From Balanoglossus misakiensis (taxonomy: Eukaryota; Animalia; Hemichordata): 64,000 nucleotides of DNA. How positions within the stretch are numbered: position 1 is the first letter of the stretch; each line of letters begins with the position of its first letter. The stretch lies in contig CM082579.2 of assembly GCA_040954595.2 (NCBI GenBank), positions 9,785,625 to 9,849,624 on the forward strand, given 5' to 3'. Below the pieces are notes generated by a model that did no database searches, was not told the origin of the DNA, and saw only the letters and a program-made list of their open reading frames with translations. Below are positions 1 through 42,167 of this stretch, piece after piece. The translations under genes were made by a program, and so were the position numbers.

Positions 1-239
1 CAAATAAAAAAATATACTGTTCCTAAACCTTTTAGAGCTTCGTAAACCGGAAGAAAAAATAACGATGTCAAATATACAAAATTTATGAAAATTGCGAGAA
101 TCACGCAAGAACTATGACGTCATTCTTCTACACTACTGCGGCCAAAGATATAAAAAAATTGCAAAATATAAAGAAATTCCCTTCTTAACCTATTTGTGAA
201 AAAAAATGTAATGGGAACAGCACAGTTTTTTATTTGGCC
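1..239. mobile_element. MITE, truncated at window start, with (GGC)CAAATAAAAAA...CTGTTCC terminal inverted repeats (Zator/Harbinger-like)
   Basis: Window opens with CAAATAAAAAAATATACTGTTCC. Positions 214-239 read GGAACAGCACAGTTTTTTATTTGGCC, an imperfect reverse complement, followed by TTA (a TWA-type target site). The left TSD is outside the window. Confidence 0.55.
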
Positions 240-638
240 TTACAACTTGAAACTGGTGTATATTGTCGGCAAAGCACTATCTCAGACTGAGAAGTTTCCC
301 ACAGGCGCCGATTGAATTTTTAGAGACAATTATAGTAATTTGAGAATATGCACATGTTCAGTGTGTTTGTGTGAACATTTGGTGGACTTCAGTTTTTGTT
401 GTTGTTGACTTGTGAGCACCTGTAAGATCAAAGAAAAGGAAATAGTTTGAATCATTGAACAGGTAATTTCTCTCGAAATTGTGAATGTAAAACTCACGTT
501 AGCCTCACAAGCTACCTCGGTGTTGATTTTCTGTGCAACTAGTCCCAACAATTCGAGATCTTCGGCTGCCGTTTGCAGAGGGGTATGAAATTAGTTGGCA
601 TCTGTCTGTCTGTCCGTCTGGCTGTTTCACTCTTGCAG

Positions 639-29349
<28,711 letters not shown>

Positions 29350-30647
29350 CGAATCATCGTAGATATAGAAATATTATTAGTGAGTGGAAGAGAGCGTTTG
29401 CTTTGCCTGATATTAGTGAACTTTTTATTTTATGAGAATTATCAAATAACATGTTTACTTTCAAAGCACGGTGTAACCGGGTAATTGCTAAATTGAATTA
29501 GACTTTAACACGCGATGAAATATAGATAAATGAAAAATTACGACGTCAATGATATATTAGAAAACAAAGATACCGCGATTGAACCAATATATACAAGGAG
29601 CATTTGTACGACTCGAAACTAGATAATAACAATGAAAGCAAATTAAGATGTGCAACCTTTAGAAAAAATAATCCAAATATCATACTGGAGAATATTCATG
29701 CACGCAACATTCCAATCAAATTAATTTACAGTTTAATACGTCCATTGTATTTCCGTCCGGCTGTCTCAATGCTTGTCATTTATAGAGCTTGTCATTGCGG
29801 CTATATGCACATTTTTAAAAATACTTTCAAGCCGTGTAGATTTTATGTGTGAATGAATTAAATGCCAGAATGGCTGCAAACGTACAACGTTGTTTTCGTC
29901 GTTATTTGTACCATGAGTTCTCTGTAAAGTAGGTGGCAATCGCGCGCAAGTGTTTGATCAAACTTTTCAAGGGTAGCATGAACATGTTGACGGTCTCGTT
30001 CAAAAAACCCATGCCCGAGAAAACCCGACGAAGTGTAGAGCGCCACCAGTGACAGCACAACAATATTTGCAATGCATAAGTATGACTTTTTTATGTGCGC
30101 ATGAAACACTGGCAAGAAAGTCACTTGCATGATGGCGTAAGTGATACTCGTGCACCATTCTACAGAAAACCGTGTTTTCGATACCTGACATGCCCATTGC
30201 ACCTTCCGAACTTTCGCACGAACGCACACACAGTTGATGAAGTAAACAGCGGTCAGCGAGTACTGGGTATAAGCGAGTACTCTTACTAGTGAGAACTGAC
30301 CGATGTTTACTTTATCCACTAAATCCGTGGATGGGGCACACAGATTAAGTCGTTAGCAGGTGCTTTATGGGAAATGCGATAGCTTGTATTCTGGATTAGC
30401 AACTGATAAGGCAGGAGGGGGTAACACAGAAAAATAACAAGCACAGAGACTGTTCATCAAGTAATGTTTATTGGGGACTCCGCCATTTATAACTTTCATG
30501 TTTGCAGCCCCCTGTGGTAGCGTATGGGCCTACGCACACGCGCTGAACTCGCTGTCTTTTACTCCACACACGCTACATAGGGAAACTCGGAACAATTTTT
30601 TTTAAATGTATATATTATGAAATAACGAAGCCCACACCTGTCTTCTG

Positions 30648-30668
30648 CCATAGACCCACGGTCTATGG
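30648..30668. mobile_element. 21-bp palindromic mini-insert CCATAGACC-CAC-GGTCTATGG with TTCTG direct repeats
   Basis: Perfect 9-bp arms; TTCTG at 30643-30647 and 30669-30673. Confidence 0.55.
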
Positions 30669-30743
30669 TTCTGCCATGGTCTATTTTTCGGAGAGCAAGA
30701 CCTTGGCAGGCGAAGATAGCTGCAGATACATGTATGAATTGTA

Positions 30744-31371
30744 GTGAAGCAGACGACCCGATGCTAAATGTATTTGGGAATATTTGGGAAAGTACACGCC
30801 CAGCCTGTAACAAAAACAAACGTTCTTCACGCTGTTCTTGTACTTAGAATGATAGATTCCGCGACAATTTTCCAGGCGCACTGGGTTTCGGCTTCTAGAC
30901 ATCACAATACCCATCTCGGGCGCTGTATCTTTACCATGATTTTTTTTCAAGATTTACAACGGCCGATCAATATCGTGTATTGACTGAAAAGTTAGTACCA
31001 CGGTTCACGTTCTTACTATACCCCGATAGATAAATACTGTAACATGATGGTACGCTGCACATGCGACATGATGTAAATATATACCGATCGATCACGAGGC
31101 GGGGTGGGGGGGGGGGGGGTTCCGAGTGAAGCAGACGACCCGATACTACATGCATTGGCAACAATTTGAAAAGTACACGGCTAAATTAAAAAGTATTCTT
31201 TACGCTCTTCTTTTACTTTGATACTAGTTTCCGCTACTATCATAGTTTTCAATTTTCCAGACGCACTGGGTTTCTTCTTGACATCACAATACCCAACCCG
31301 GGTGCTGTATCTTCACCCCGATCTTCGCCGAGCATATCTTTTTAAAGGTGTACTATGGCCGATCAATATCG
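30744..31371. repeat. Degenerate direct repeat, two units of about 230-245 bp (about 30744-30976 and 31126-31371)
   Basis: Shared blocks in the same order: GTGAAGCAGACGACCCGAT, AAAGTACACG, TTTTCCAG.CGCACTGGGTTTC, ACATCACAATACCCA, GCTGTATCTT, GGCCGATCAATATCG. Confidence 0.75.
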
Positions 31372-32315
31372 ACCACAACTTGTAAAGTCATTAACAGGGT
31401 TTACATGTATGTCAGTTCTATACATAGCAGAGCGTGCGTGCTTATCAGATTTGATCACGATCCTCAGTATCATGCATCAAAATATCACGGTTGCCATGAC
31501 AAATATTTACCAGTAAAAATCAAAAAAGGAAAAATACCAATAAAATTATGAAACTATTAAATTTATACCGAATGTGCCTTCAACCATGTGAGATTGGAGG
31601 CAAGAAAAAAAGAATATAAGTCGTGTATGCATGGAAGTACGAGTGACGTGTGTCCGCGATTTACTCATTCTAGATGCCTCTTGCAAGCTATCATAAATTG
31701 CCTTCGTGGTGATCATAGAATCCTATGAAATAGTATGGCAAAAGTTGTATTTTGCGTGATAGTAGTAGAAAGGTTTGCATTTACACGTCGATGGATCAAC
31801 TCTTGTTTTTACGGACTGGGACGTCGAATTGATGCTGAAAAGTGAGTAGTCAATTGCACATCTATAATCTATCGTGATCGTACACTCCAGTAGGAGTGTG
31901 TGTTCGTATGTTGCCTTATTCAGAGTCAGTTACACAATGAACGCCGCCAGTTGGTACCCCTATTTATAAGGAAGTTTTGCCTTTAACGTTTTCGTACCAA
32001 ACCCCGTTGACCCTAACAGAGAGATAAAGCAACCAAAAGGTATTGGTTGTTCCGTGTCAGCAAATCTTCCAGGGTCCTTCCGGATGTTGGTAAAATGCCA
32101 AAATTGGACAGATAAATAGATAGGAACTCGTCCCCTTCCATACATTGCCAGTGGATTGATCAACGTTAAACTAAGCATCATCTTAACTGGTCGGGTAAGT
32201 CACCATTAGTTAAATTTCTGCATAGCCCTTATATTATAGGATAAAATCTATTTGTGATAGAAATGAAATAATAACTAAATTCTGGCGGAAATACGCCCTT
32301 AACAGTATTATTTAC

Positions 32316-32972
32316 ATTATCACATACATAGCTCCGCATATACCATAGTATGACGTCAGACGTAGGTAAATTTGCACCAAGCGTTATTGTAATACCCATC
32401 CCTCTGACGTCACCAAACGGAACTATTTTAAACTTGTAAACAAAGTCCTCTTAGGGCGACAAAATTCAGTGCAATTGTTGGTTTTATTTCGATATTAAAA
32501 AATAAGCAAAGATAAATAAAATGTTTCGTATGTGTAAATATGGACGATCGACGATTAGTTTTACCTGTGTACATTTTTATCGCACCAAGATGTGAAACCT
32601 TGACGGACGATGAAATCCTGCTGACGCACGACAGGCGGGTCCTCGCCAAAACCAGAACCGTCCAGGTCGTGACCTGAGTCACCTGATAGATAGACCGCAT
32701 AACATCGATCTTCAATTTTGCACAAAATAGTTCCAAATTTTATCGCAACCACAAAGAGATTTATTTGAAAATCAAAATTAGCGGATCTATGTATGTGATA
32801 AACATATAATTCCCCCGTATTCCTCACTCGTGTACCTGCGTCGCGAACTCGTGATTCCCCGTATAGCTGTATCCCTCATCGCCTGCGGCTCGGAGGGATA
32901 CGGCCGCTATACGGGGAATCACTCGTCCGCGACGCAGGCACACTCGTTCGAAATACGGGGGAATTATATATA
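32316..32972 (+). mobile_element. Non-autonomous hairpin-ended element (family 3), copy 1, about 165 bp shorter internally than copy 2
   Basis: Reverse-complement match to 34702-35520. TTATCACATA at one end pairs with TATGTGATAA (about 32792). A terminal palindrome of about 165 bp (32805-32970) is centred on ATCGCCTGCGGCTCGG. Confidence 0.85.
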
Positions 32973-33862
32973 AAAATAGCGTATTGACACCCATCCATGC
33001 TGCTTAAAATGTTTGATATGCCTAATATTTTAATAAAAGTGACGTGTTTTGAAAATTATTCGCATCCCATTACTGCACTGACAATTTCTTCTCTACTTTA
33101 ATACTTTCATCTAAATAATTGCGATATGTATTTCACGAAACTTCCAACCCACAAGATAGTGAGGTAGTATAAGAGAATAATGGACTTACTAATTTTGCTT
33201 TTGGGGAATCCCTGTCACCCAAATTGCAAGCCTTAGTACATGTACAAATAGACTGTGTCTCACCCGAAAAGCCCTATATTAATCGCAAGTTCTGCGATGT
33301 CAAAAATGTGAAATGCCAAACGGCCGTTTGTGGGCTTAACTTTCCACCGTCGAAGTCAAAAAATGTTGAAAATCGCCCGATTCCCTCTGTCTGGGGGAAA
33401 TTAAGCCATAAATCGGTAGGATACATAATTATTCATGGTGGAATTTGTATGCATTGTGAAGGATTTTGCGAAAAAAAGTCGAAAAATCATGCATTCTCTG
33501 GAGCGTGTTCACCCTTCTGAACGCCGCTAGTTGGAAGTTCCTTGAACTTGAATGCCTTTTATAAGCATTGTGTATACTTCATGACTCTTTACACTCTTAT
33601 CTTGATCATGATATCACCTGATCATGATTTATTTGTGCCAACTAGGAGCAGGATAGTGTACAACAAATAGGTCAAAACACGAAAGGAGATCATAGTCTTG
33701 AGATGCAGAGTGTACAAAATGACAAGAATTCATAACTCGAAACCTTTTCCCAAATCACGACTATCTCCTTTTTTTATCCAACCTCCCTACACATGAGACA
33801 TGGTGGATACATGTCTAGTGTGTAGACAAGTTTCTTTGTTGTTTGGTTCAGTTTTATTATAG

Positions 33863-33936
33863 TTAGTGAGTGAGTGAGTGAGTGAGTGAGTGAGTTAGTC
33901 AGTCAGTCAGTCAGTCAGTCAGTCAGTCAGTCAGTC

Positions 33937-33969
<33 letters not shown>
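33863..33969. repeat. Compound microsatellite (GTGA)n(GTCA)n(GTTA)n
   Basis: Directly visible. Confidence 0.95.
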
Positions 33970-34701
33970 ATCCGTTTTTGTGTGTGTTTTTTTGTTTTCG
34001 CTGTATTTTAAGCTAGCTGATAAAATTGTCAGGGATTATTTACCTCTACTTTTTTCTTATCAACATATGGAGATTTAGAAAATACTCTCATCGAGTGTAA
34101 CGATATTCAATCTCAGAAATGTAAATGGGTCAACTTGTATTGAGGCAGTGGTGACGGTGATGAAGAGGATGATGATACAATTAAATGACCATCGTACTTT
34201 GGCCGCTTCATCGATTGTGCATTTTTTTGTATCATTGCAATATGTATAGACTAGGATGTACTTATTGTCCCACATTCCACCAACAATGGGAATTTATCGA
34301 CACATAAGCTGCAGTGTGCAGAGCAGTACAGAGTAATCGCGTTATCTGTATCAAAATCACGAGTAATGTTTAGAAGATATATATATCCTTCGTTGGTCTA
34401 TTCTTTATATCACGACGATATTCAAAAATTATTCAAACTGTCCACACATTAGAGAGGTTAATTGAATACTTGTCAAATATGGAGACAAATCCCTCGGTTA
34501 ACGTTGTTATGGTCGGTTTAATTTAGTTATGAAGTTTTGTATGTGACATTAATATTCAACAATTTATCAAATCATTTTTATGGGTCATCATGTCATGAAT
34601 TAAGCCACAAAGTTGACATATACTTTCAAGAACCAAACCAACGGCATTGCATAAATGAAAATGTCAAATTTATATCATTCATGGGTGGTTTGAAGTATTA
34701 T

Positions 34702-35520
34702 TATATATAATTCCCCCGTATTTCGAACGAGTGTGCCTGCGTCGCGGACGAGTGTTTCCCCGTATAGCGGCCGTATCCCTCCGAGCCGGAGGCGAGGAGG
34801 GATACAGCTATACGGGGAATCACGAGTTCGCGACGCAGGTACACGAGTGAGGAATACAGGGGAATTATATGTTTATCACATACATAGATCCGCTAATTTT
34901 GATTTTCAAATAAATCTCTTTGTGGTTGCGATAAAATTTGGAACTATTTTGTGCAAAATTGAAGATCGATGTTATGCGGTCTATCTGTCAGGTGACTCAG
35001 GTCACGACCTGGACGATTCTGGTTTTGGCGAGGACCCGTCTGTCGTGCGTCAGCTGGATTTCATCGTCCGTCAAGGTTTCACTGGAGCAGGAAACCTTTC
35101 TTGTGCCTTTTGCTTTATGACTAGACCGTTTTGCTCTAATCGTCGCATCAAATTTTTTGCGAATACTCAGTTTTGTACCTGTCGCTCGTTCGACAACGCG
35201 ACGACTTTGGCTCAGCACTGACGACCTCGCGACAGTTTTGGTGCCGGTTGGTGCGATACAAATGTACACAGGTAAAACTAATCGTCGATCGTCCATATTT
35301 ACACATACGAAACATTTTATTTATCTTTGCTTATTTTTTATTATCGAAATAAAACCAACAATTGCACTGAATTTTGTCGCCCTAAGAGGACTTTGTTTAC
35401 AAGTTTAAAATAGTTCCGTTTGGTGACGTCAGAGGGATTGGTATTACAATAACGCTTGGTGCAAATTTACCTACGTCTGACGTCATACTATGGTATATGC
35501 GGAGCTACTTATGTGATAAT
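34702..35520 (-). mobile_element. Non-autonomous hairpin-ended element (family 3), copy 2, inverted relative to copy 1
   Basis: Near-identical reverse complement of 32316-32972 plus an extra segment at about 35083-35247. Terminal palindrome 34704-34870 is centred on CCGAGCCGGAGGCGAGG. Confidence 0.85.
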
Positions 35521-36431
35521 AAAATAAAATCACCAATTCTATATATGTGTAGCCTTCTGGATCATGGACATGAGTGTTGACTGTACTGCAGAGAATAGAA
35601 AATCTATAAATTAGACTGTTGGAACAGTTACTGAAACAAGTAGGGTAAATATGCATGCATGGGTGATAATACATGTCATGTCGTCAGTTCCTATAACGAG
35701 GTAGTTGCGTGACAAGGCTTGGGATCCGACCGCCACAAATCAATATCCTACTATCAGTTGCTTTGGTATCGCCATGCAACTTCTGTATACACTGTCACAA
35801 ACAATGCCAGCCCAAGACAACGCAGGAATGAGTTCAATTATCCATTAGACCAAGGTATGGGCTTGTATACCAACTGGTATAATTTACAATGCATGCATTG
35901 TGGTGACCATTAATAGCTAATCCATGGCAGACACACCGGCGCTGTTTCTTTGCCGTTTATCGAATTTTAAGATGGACCGTCATCAGATGGGGTAGTATTC
36001 AATGTCATTCGATTTGATCGCGTGCTTCGCAATCGGCGGTTAAAAAATCGCGGCTGCTTTAACAGATGCAAGATTTTCCGCCAGCATTTAATTAAAGAGA
36101 GTCTCGTCATGTATGCTTCACAGCATTCCTGGGCAAATATGTAGGGTACATACAACCACTGAGCTACATGTACGTGCAAATATACAGATGCAACAGAAGC
36201 GAATTATTCCTCAACTTTATTTTCGATTGGTAGAATTTTGTCCATTTCTCACTTTCTATTTTAATGTTAGTGGTTCTGTTTTATTATTTGTGGTTTAAGT
36301 AAAATGAAACAGAAATATTTTCTTTTCTCTCCATACATGTATACATGCGATTTGTTTTATTTCTTGTCTACAGCATATCTTCCTAAACCACAATCAATCA
36401 GGTTCCACTAACCATTGTCAAGGACTGCTCG

Positions 36432-36457
36432 GTCACGTGACTATCGGGGCGTATTTA
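36432..36457 (+). promoter_or_regulatory. Candidate promoter of paralog B: palindromic E-box GTCACGTGAC plus TATA-like TATTTA
   Basis: GTCACGTGAC at 36432-36441 and TATTTA at about 36452, roughly 200 bp upstream of the ATG. A possible short 5'UTR intron lies at 36535-36613 (GTATCG...CCTGTAG). Confidence 0.3.
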
Positions 36458-36641
36458 CAGTCTTTCGTAGTCTTTCGAATAATTTATCAATAAGTTCATT
36501 CGGTCAATCTACATAGAGTCAGGTTGATTCTTAGGTATCGTTTGTATTCATTTATATCTTGGGAGCAAATCATCCGTAATAAAATTGAATTATTAATTTT
36601 ATTTTACCTGTAGGTGATAACCTAGCACAATCTCGGAAAGA

Positions 36642-39600
36642 ATGGTTTCAAGTGTAAGCCTTCTGTGTTTGTTTTTAATGACTTCATGCAGTATAGTATT
36701 GGTAGATGCAGGTACGTTTACAATTTCAAAGTCGTATAAGGTATGGCCATGTGATATTTGTTTGTTTGTTTGTTTGTTTGTTTGTTTGTTTGTATGTATG
36801 TATGTATGTATGTATGTATGTATGTATGTATGTATGTATGTATGTATGTATGTATGTATGTATGTATGTATGTATGTATGTATGTATGTATGTATGTATG
36901 TATGTATGTATGTATGTATGTATGTATGTATGTATGTATGTATGTATGTATGTATGTATGTATGTATGTATGTATGTATGTATGCATGTATGTATGTATG
37001 CATGCATGCATGCATGCATGCATGCATGTATGTATGCATGTATGCATGTATTATGTGTGTATGTTTTTATGTGTTACTAATTTTTTATACTAACAGGATG
37101 TAAATCTGGCTGGAAATCATGGTCGCAATACTGTTACTACTTTGGTACAGGAAGCATTAATTGGGATAGCGCAAATGCCGAATGTCGAAAAACATCACAT
37201 GGAAATCTCGTTAGCATTCATAGTACATCTGAACATGTGAGTCCAGCATTTTTGTTAAATATATATTATTATATTTCTCGCTACATTAAAAGAGTTATTG
37301 CTACTGAGGTGATTGATCATACAACACACATATGGTCGACGCACTTGGTTCTAACCAGCTCAAACCATAATGCATTGCTGTTTTTATAATTATTATCGGC
37401 AACATTTTTGTTCGTTGTGCAGTGCACATGTTGCGAAAATGTCGAATCATAACTGAAGAGTATGTACGCCATTCAGATTTTAACTGTAACAAATGTTTAA
37501 AATATGCGTAAAAATACGTGACCGAAATTGAATGATGTCCATATTCATGTAAAAAGTCAATCCAGCAGATATTTGTCTTGAGTGATCGTAGTGTTTGCGC
37601 CCTGTTGGACATGAAACACCGATACGCTTACGTTGAACGTGCGAAAAAGTCAAACCAGATATAAACTGAATGTCGTCATATGATACCTGAGAGATCGATT
37701 TGTTTGTACAGACCATTTTGAGGGTAAACATCAACTGACGCTGTTAGTATCATAATAGAGCAGTCTACGGTTCCATCCCTGTTGCCGCGATCCAGTCTCC
37801 GTAGCATTGCATTGTGGGCGACTTTTAGTTTCGTCATAACTTGATTCGTTTGCCGCTGTCACCACAAACGAATCCGTTCTTGCTATTTCAGTATAGCAGG
37901 TGTACAAAACCTGATCGAAATCTTTTCAGCTGTTCTTGAGATATCGTGCTAATACATAAACAGGACATACTGACAGGTATCCATACAGACAGACAGACTG
38001 TCAGACGGAAACACAGACACATACACACACATTTCTCACGTGGTGTGATCACGTCAGGTAATATCAGAATATTGTAAACTTTTACAGCTTGGAAGTGCAT
38101 GAACCTTTGAAGTTCGATTTACATTCGTTTGAAACCCTGACACATTATAACAAAGGTATACATCATGCTGTCTAAACTACTTAACCGTGACTTGACCAAT
38201 TTCACTTGAAAGTCTCTTTATAAAAATATTACCTGCTAGATGTACGTACATAGCAAACAAATGTTCGGAGCTATGATTACCTTATTTTTATTCCATATAA
38301 TCTCCACGTTTCATGTTTACTCTTGATAAGAGTTTGTTCAAAGTAGTTTCTCATATGTAGCGGATGAAATTGGGTTCTATTACTTGTGCCAAAGAATTAA
38401 CCCGCCCAAATGAGCTGTCGTGTATCATGTATGTATGTAACGCGCAGTAATGAAAATTTACTAAATTAATATAGATAATTTCCAAACTGTTTTATTATAG
38501 AATTGGATAACGGACAATATGGTGGGGACGGCACACATAGGATATTCTGACAGCAATAGTGAGGGTAATTTCTATTGGATAGACGGCACAAGCGATGATT
38601 TCACGTGCGTAAAGACCATGCCTCTTTTTCTGTTTGTTTCTCCTGGCAACAATTCCATCAGTAAGAGTGGTATTATATCAGCTTGTCTATATTATCAAAA
38701 TCATTATCTTAGAGATTTTCAAATCATAGAATAGTTTATACACAGTGGCACATTATTTTTTCAAAATAAAAATATGGTGCTTTTATTGAACATGCGAGAA
38801 TTATCTTAGAAAGTTTAAACAATTTCAAGCAAATACCGAGGCGGTTTTTGTATTGCAAGTTTTACATTGTTGCCGAGTAAAAGTCACTGCTGAAGATCAA
38901 AGAACGAAACAGTTAGTACGAAAATGATATTTTTTTAGGAATTTGAATCATATTATATTAGCTCACATCCTGTCTGGAGTTTTCTTGACAAAAGCAAACA
39001 ATGTCACAATGAGTCATGAAGAACTTATAACTGAAATCACAAATCGGTCATAAACTGACAGTATGAAATTCTGTGAGAGACTTATAGGATTGTGTTTAAA
39101 ATAACAGAGAGAGTGAAAGAAGGTTTTGTAGATAATGCCAGTGAAAAAAAATTCCTTCACATTCACAAGGAAATATCACATTGAGAATTAATAAACTTTT
39201 TTCATAGCCGCCCTAAAAGTCTGGGTTTTTTTTTGTATTTTTTTGGTGGACCGGCATATTTTCATGTAAAAAATCTACGTCCCCTCAGGCTGGAAATCCT
39301 CCACCCCTGGAAGTATTTTCTGAACACTACCTAAGACAAAGCGCTTTAAGGGTGATCACGTTTTGAATTTCATACAATCATTGAAGTCCACCACCCCTGT
39401 AAAAAATGAAACTCCTGCACGAAAAGAAAGTTGTTGTTTTTTGTTGTTTTTTCACACAGAAAGTGGGACAGTGGCCAGCCAGACAACGGCGACAATATAT
39501 TTGACGATGAAAACTGTGTTGCGCAGGTCTCAAGTGGAAAATGGCATGACATCTTTTGCTTCAGCGTATACTACAAATACATTTGCAAAAGAAAAAATGG

Positions 39601-42108
39601 TAAACGTTGCATGCGACATCAAATATACAATTATAAAATTGTATTCTACATTAGCGTGTATTTGTTTAATATTCAAATTAGCAACTTATTAAAGGGACAA
39701 AGTCTCTCTCTCGTTGCCCTTATTTAATTTATTGTTTGATACAAGACAGTGCTTTTGGTATTTTACATGTGGATTTATAGTGAATGAACGTTCGACCACA
39801 TACATTTTCCATCCCGATTGTAGATACGAGAGTAAAAAAAACTCGCCAAAATGAATAATCATGATACATTTGTCCCTTTAACATGGTACTGTTAAGGCTT
39901 GACTTTGTTTCAAAGAATGGACGGTAATTTAACAATTAAACATGCAAATTTAGCAGTTTATCGGTTATTGATAAGTGTGAGGATTCTTTAAATAAAGTTT
40001 AATACAATGAATATGTGAAATCAACTCTATCGAGTTTACATTTGGCATAGTATCTTGTGATAGACAAAGATAATTAAAAAGTTCGATAACGATACTTCCA
40101 AGCTGACTGTACTCAATGACCTATTGACAAATCCGCGACTGTATAATCTGTGACGACACAATGTATAATGTTTCCCTTCACACCGGTGATGCCTCTGTAG
40201 ATGTAATGCACTTTATTCTTGCGATGAAAATGAATTGTTCGATGACTCATGTCTTTGCTCTCTTTTTAAGAGGTCGAATGCGACTCAAATCCATGTTATA
40301 ATAGTGGAGACTGCGATGATTGTTGGGATGAAAGTTGTAGTAGCAGCACATACTATTGTGATTGTGACAAGATTCCATATTACGGATCACGATGCCAATA
40401 CTGTAAGTTGCTTCTTATTATTATATGTATCATGATTTAATGCAATTTACTCGAAATTCAATCCTGAATGATAGTTGACTTGTAAAACATACAGTACAGA
40501 GAGACAGATCTAGACAGACAACTCATTTTGAGAACTCGTAAACAGAAAACTCTCGCTTTGCTTGCTATCCTTGGAGTTTGACCCAAGTCTTCCCCCAAAA
40601 TTTGGAGCAAAGACAGTGTATACTGAGATACCTATACATTGTCCTATTCTAGGAGTAGTAGTACGGTTTATTGCGTCTCAAGGCCACCGGCCCATATGCA
40701 AGGGGGTTACAATTCAAACATATACAATTATATAACAGAAAATAAAAAGAAACTATTCTAGGATGCAATAAATGATGGACGCTCAGTGGCTATTTTATTA
40801 CCAGAGTCGTAATATATACATTTAGTCATTGCCGAAACTTAATTTACAAGAATCAAACACGATCCATCTTTCAGCTTGTACACCTATAGACCATTGCAGC
40901 GAAATTTCATGTACAAGCAGCAATGACCAAATATGTTCAGCTGGACAGTGTGAGTATCACTATGGATGTCATGACCCAACGGACTGGGAGACATGTGAAA
41001 GTGCCTATGATCTGGTTGACAAGGATGGATACCCGGATAGATATTGCCAGCGTAAGCCTGAACACCCCTTTTATCATTGGGTTTGATCGTATTGCTAATA
41101 TGCTCCAAAATGTATACAGGTACAGAATTTCGATCGATCGATTGACCGATCGGGAGGGAGGGAGATTTATCAAGGTACACAAAACATTACGAGTATTGAC
41201 CGGTGTACGACGTTTTCCATGCATTGGCTGTATTCTTGTAGATATTGCCGTATAATTGTTTTATGTAGTCCCCTTTATACAAACTTTTTTTCAGGTCTTC
41301 TTAGTTGTGGATCATGCATGTTACCATTAATTTTCAGCTCGGTGTTCTTGGCGAGACGACAGTACACCATGTTATCCTGGTACCTGTCCAGATGCCGCAG
41401 AAACATGTCAGTGTGCAGAGGGATATGCTGCATCCGATTGTCAAACAAGTAATTTGTTCTTTATATTTATATTGGTGATGATCAGTTATTGTCGTTGATG
41501 TTGTCATTTTCATTGTCAAACTTGTGTGCTATAATTCACAAACTGATGTAGCCAATACTACGTTTAGATATACATGTATAAATCAAATCAAAAATTAAGC
41601 GAAAAATGATCGACTGATTCCAGAGGGACAAAGTCGTTCAGTGTTGACAATATTCGAACTTCTGATAGAATGTCTCCGAAAGCGATTACGATTATGAAAA
41701 AAGCACTTATTTTTGTACAACTCAATTAATCGTTCCTTCATATGCATATAGTATTATTATTACTTCACATCAGTAACTGAAAGCCCGGTGTGGAACTGGT
41801 GCCTTGCCAAATTGGTCCAGGTCGAGGGAAATGTTACAACAACGTTGACTGACCTAGAGTGCCTTGATGATAGTGCCATGTTCATTGGCAAGGGACATGT
41901 TTCCGACATTAACCTCATAGAAGTTGATTGGAAGTCTCTGTTCTATGGGCCTTCCCCTGATGAATATCCTCCAGCACACTATATCAGTGATTTCAGCGTT
42001 GGAATTGCGGACGCATCGTTTTCCTGGGAACACATTAGTAATGGCAAGTTGAAGTAGTTTTGTTTAACTATGGTGGTTGCTTCAACCACCACCACCACCA
42101 CCACCACC

Positions 42109-42167
<59 letters not shown>

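Noticed and set aside
533-638. ORF start 'MQLVPT...' as the N-terminus of gene A
   Set aside because: A polypyrimidine tract plus CAG acceptor precedes 639, and copy B shows the true start is a separate signal-peptide exon; similarity to B begins only at 639.
29858-30319. 153-aa minus-strand ORF and CTCF-like GGTGGC/GGGGGC motifs in the intergenic region
   Set aside because: No recognisable domain or splice support; the motif matches are incomplete.
34733-35408. ORFs within the family-3 elements as a transposase or recombinase
   Set aside because: Short, overlapping on both strands, partly derived from the palindrome, with no recognisable catalytic motifs.
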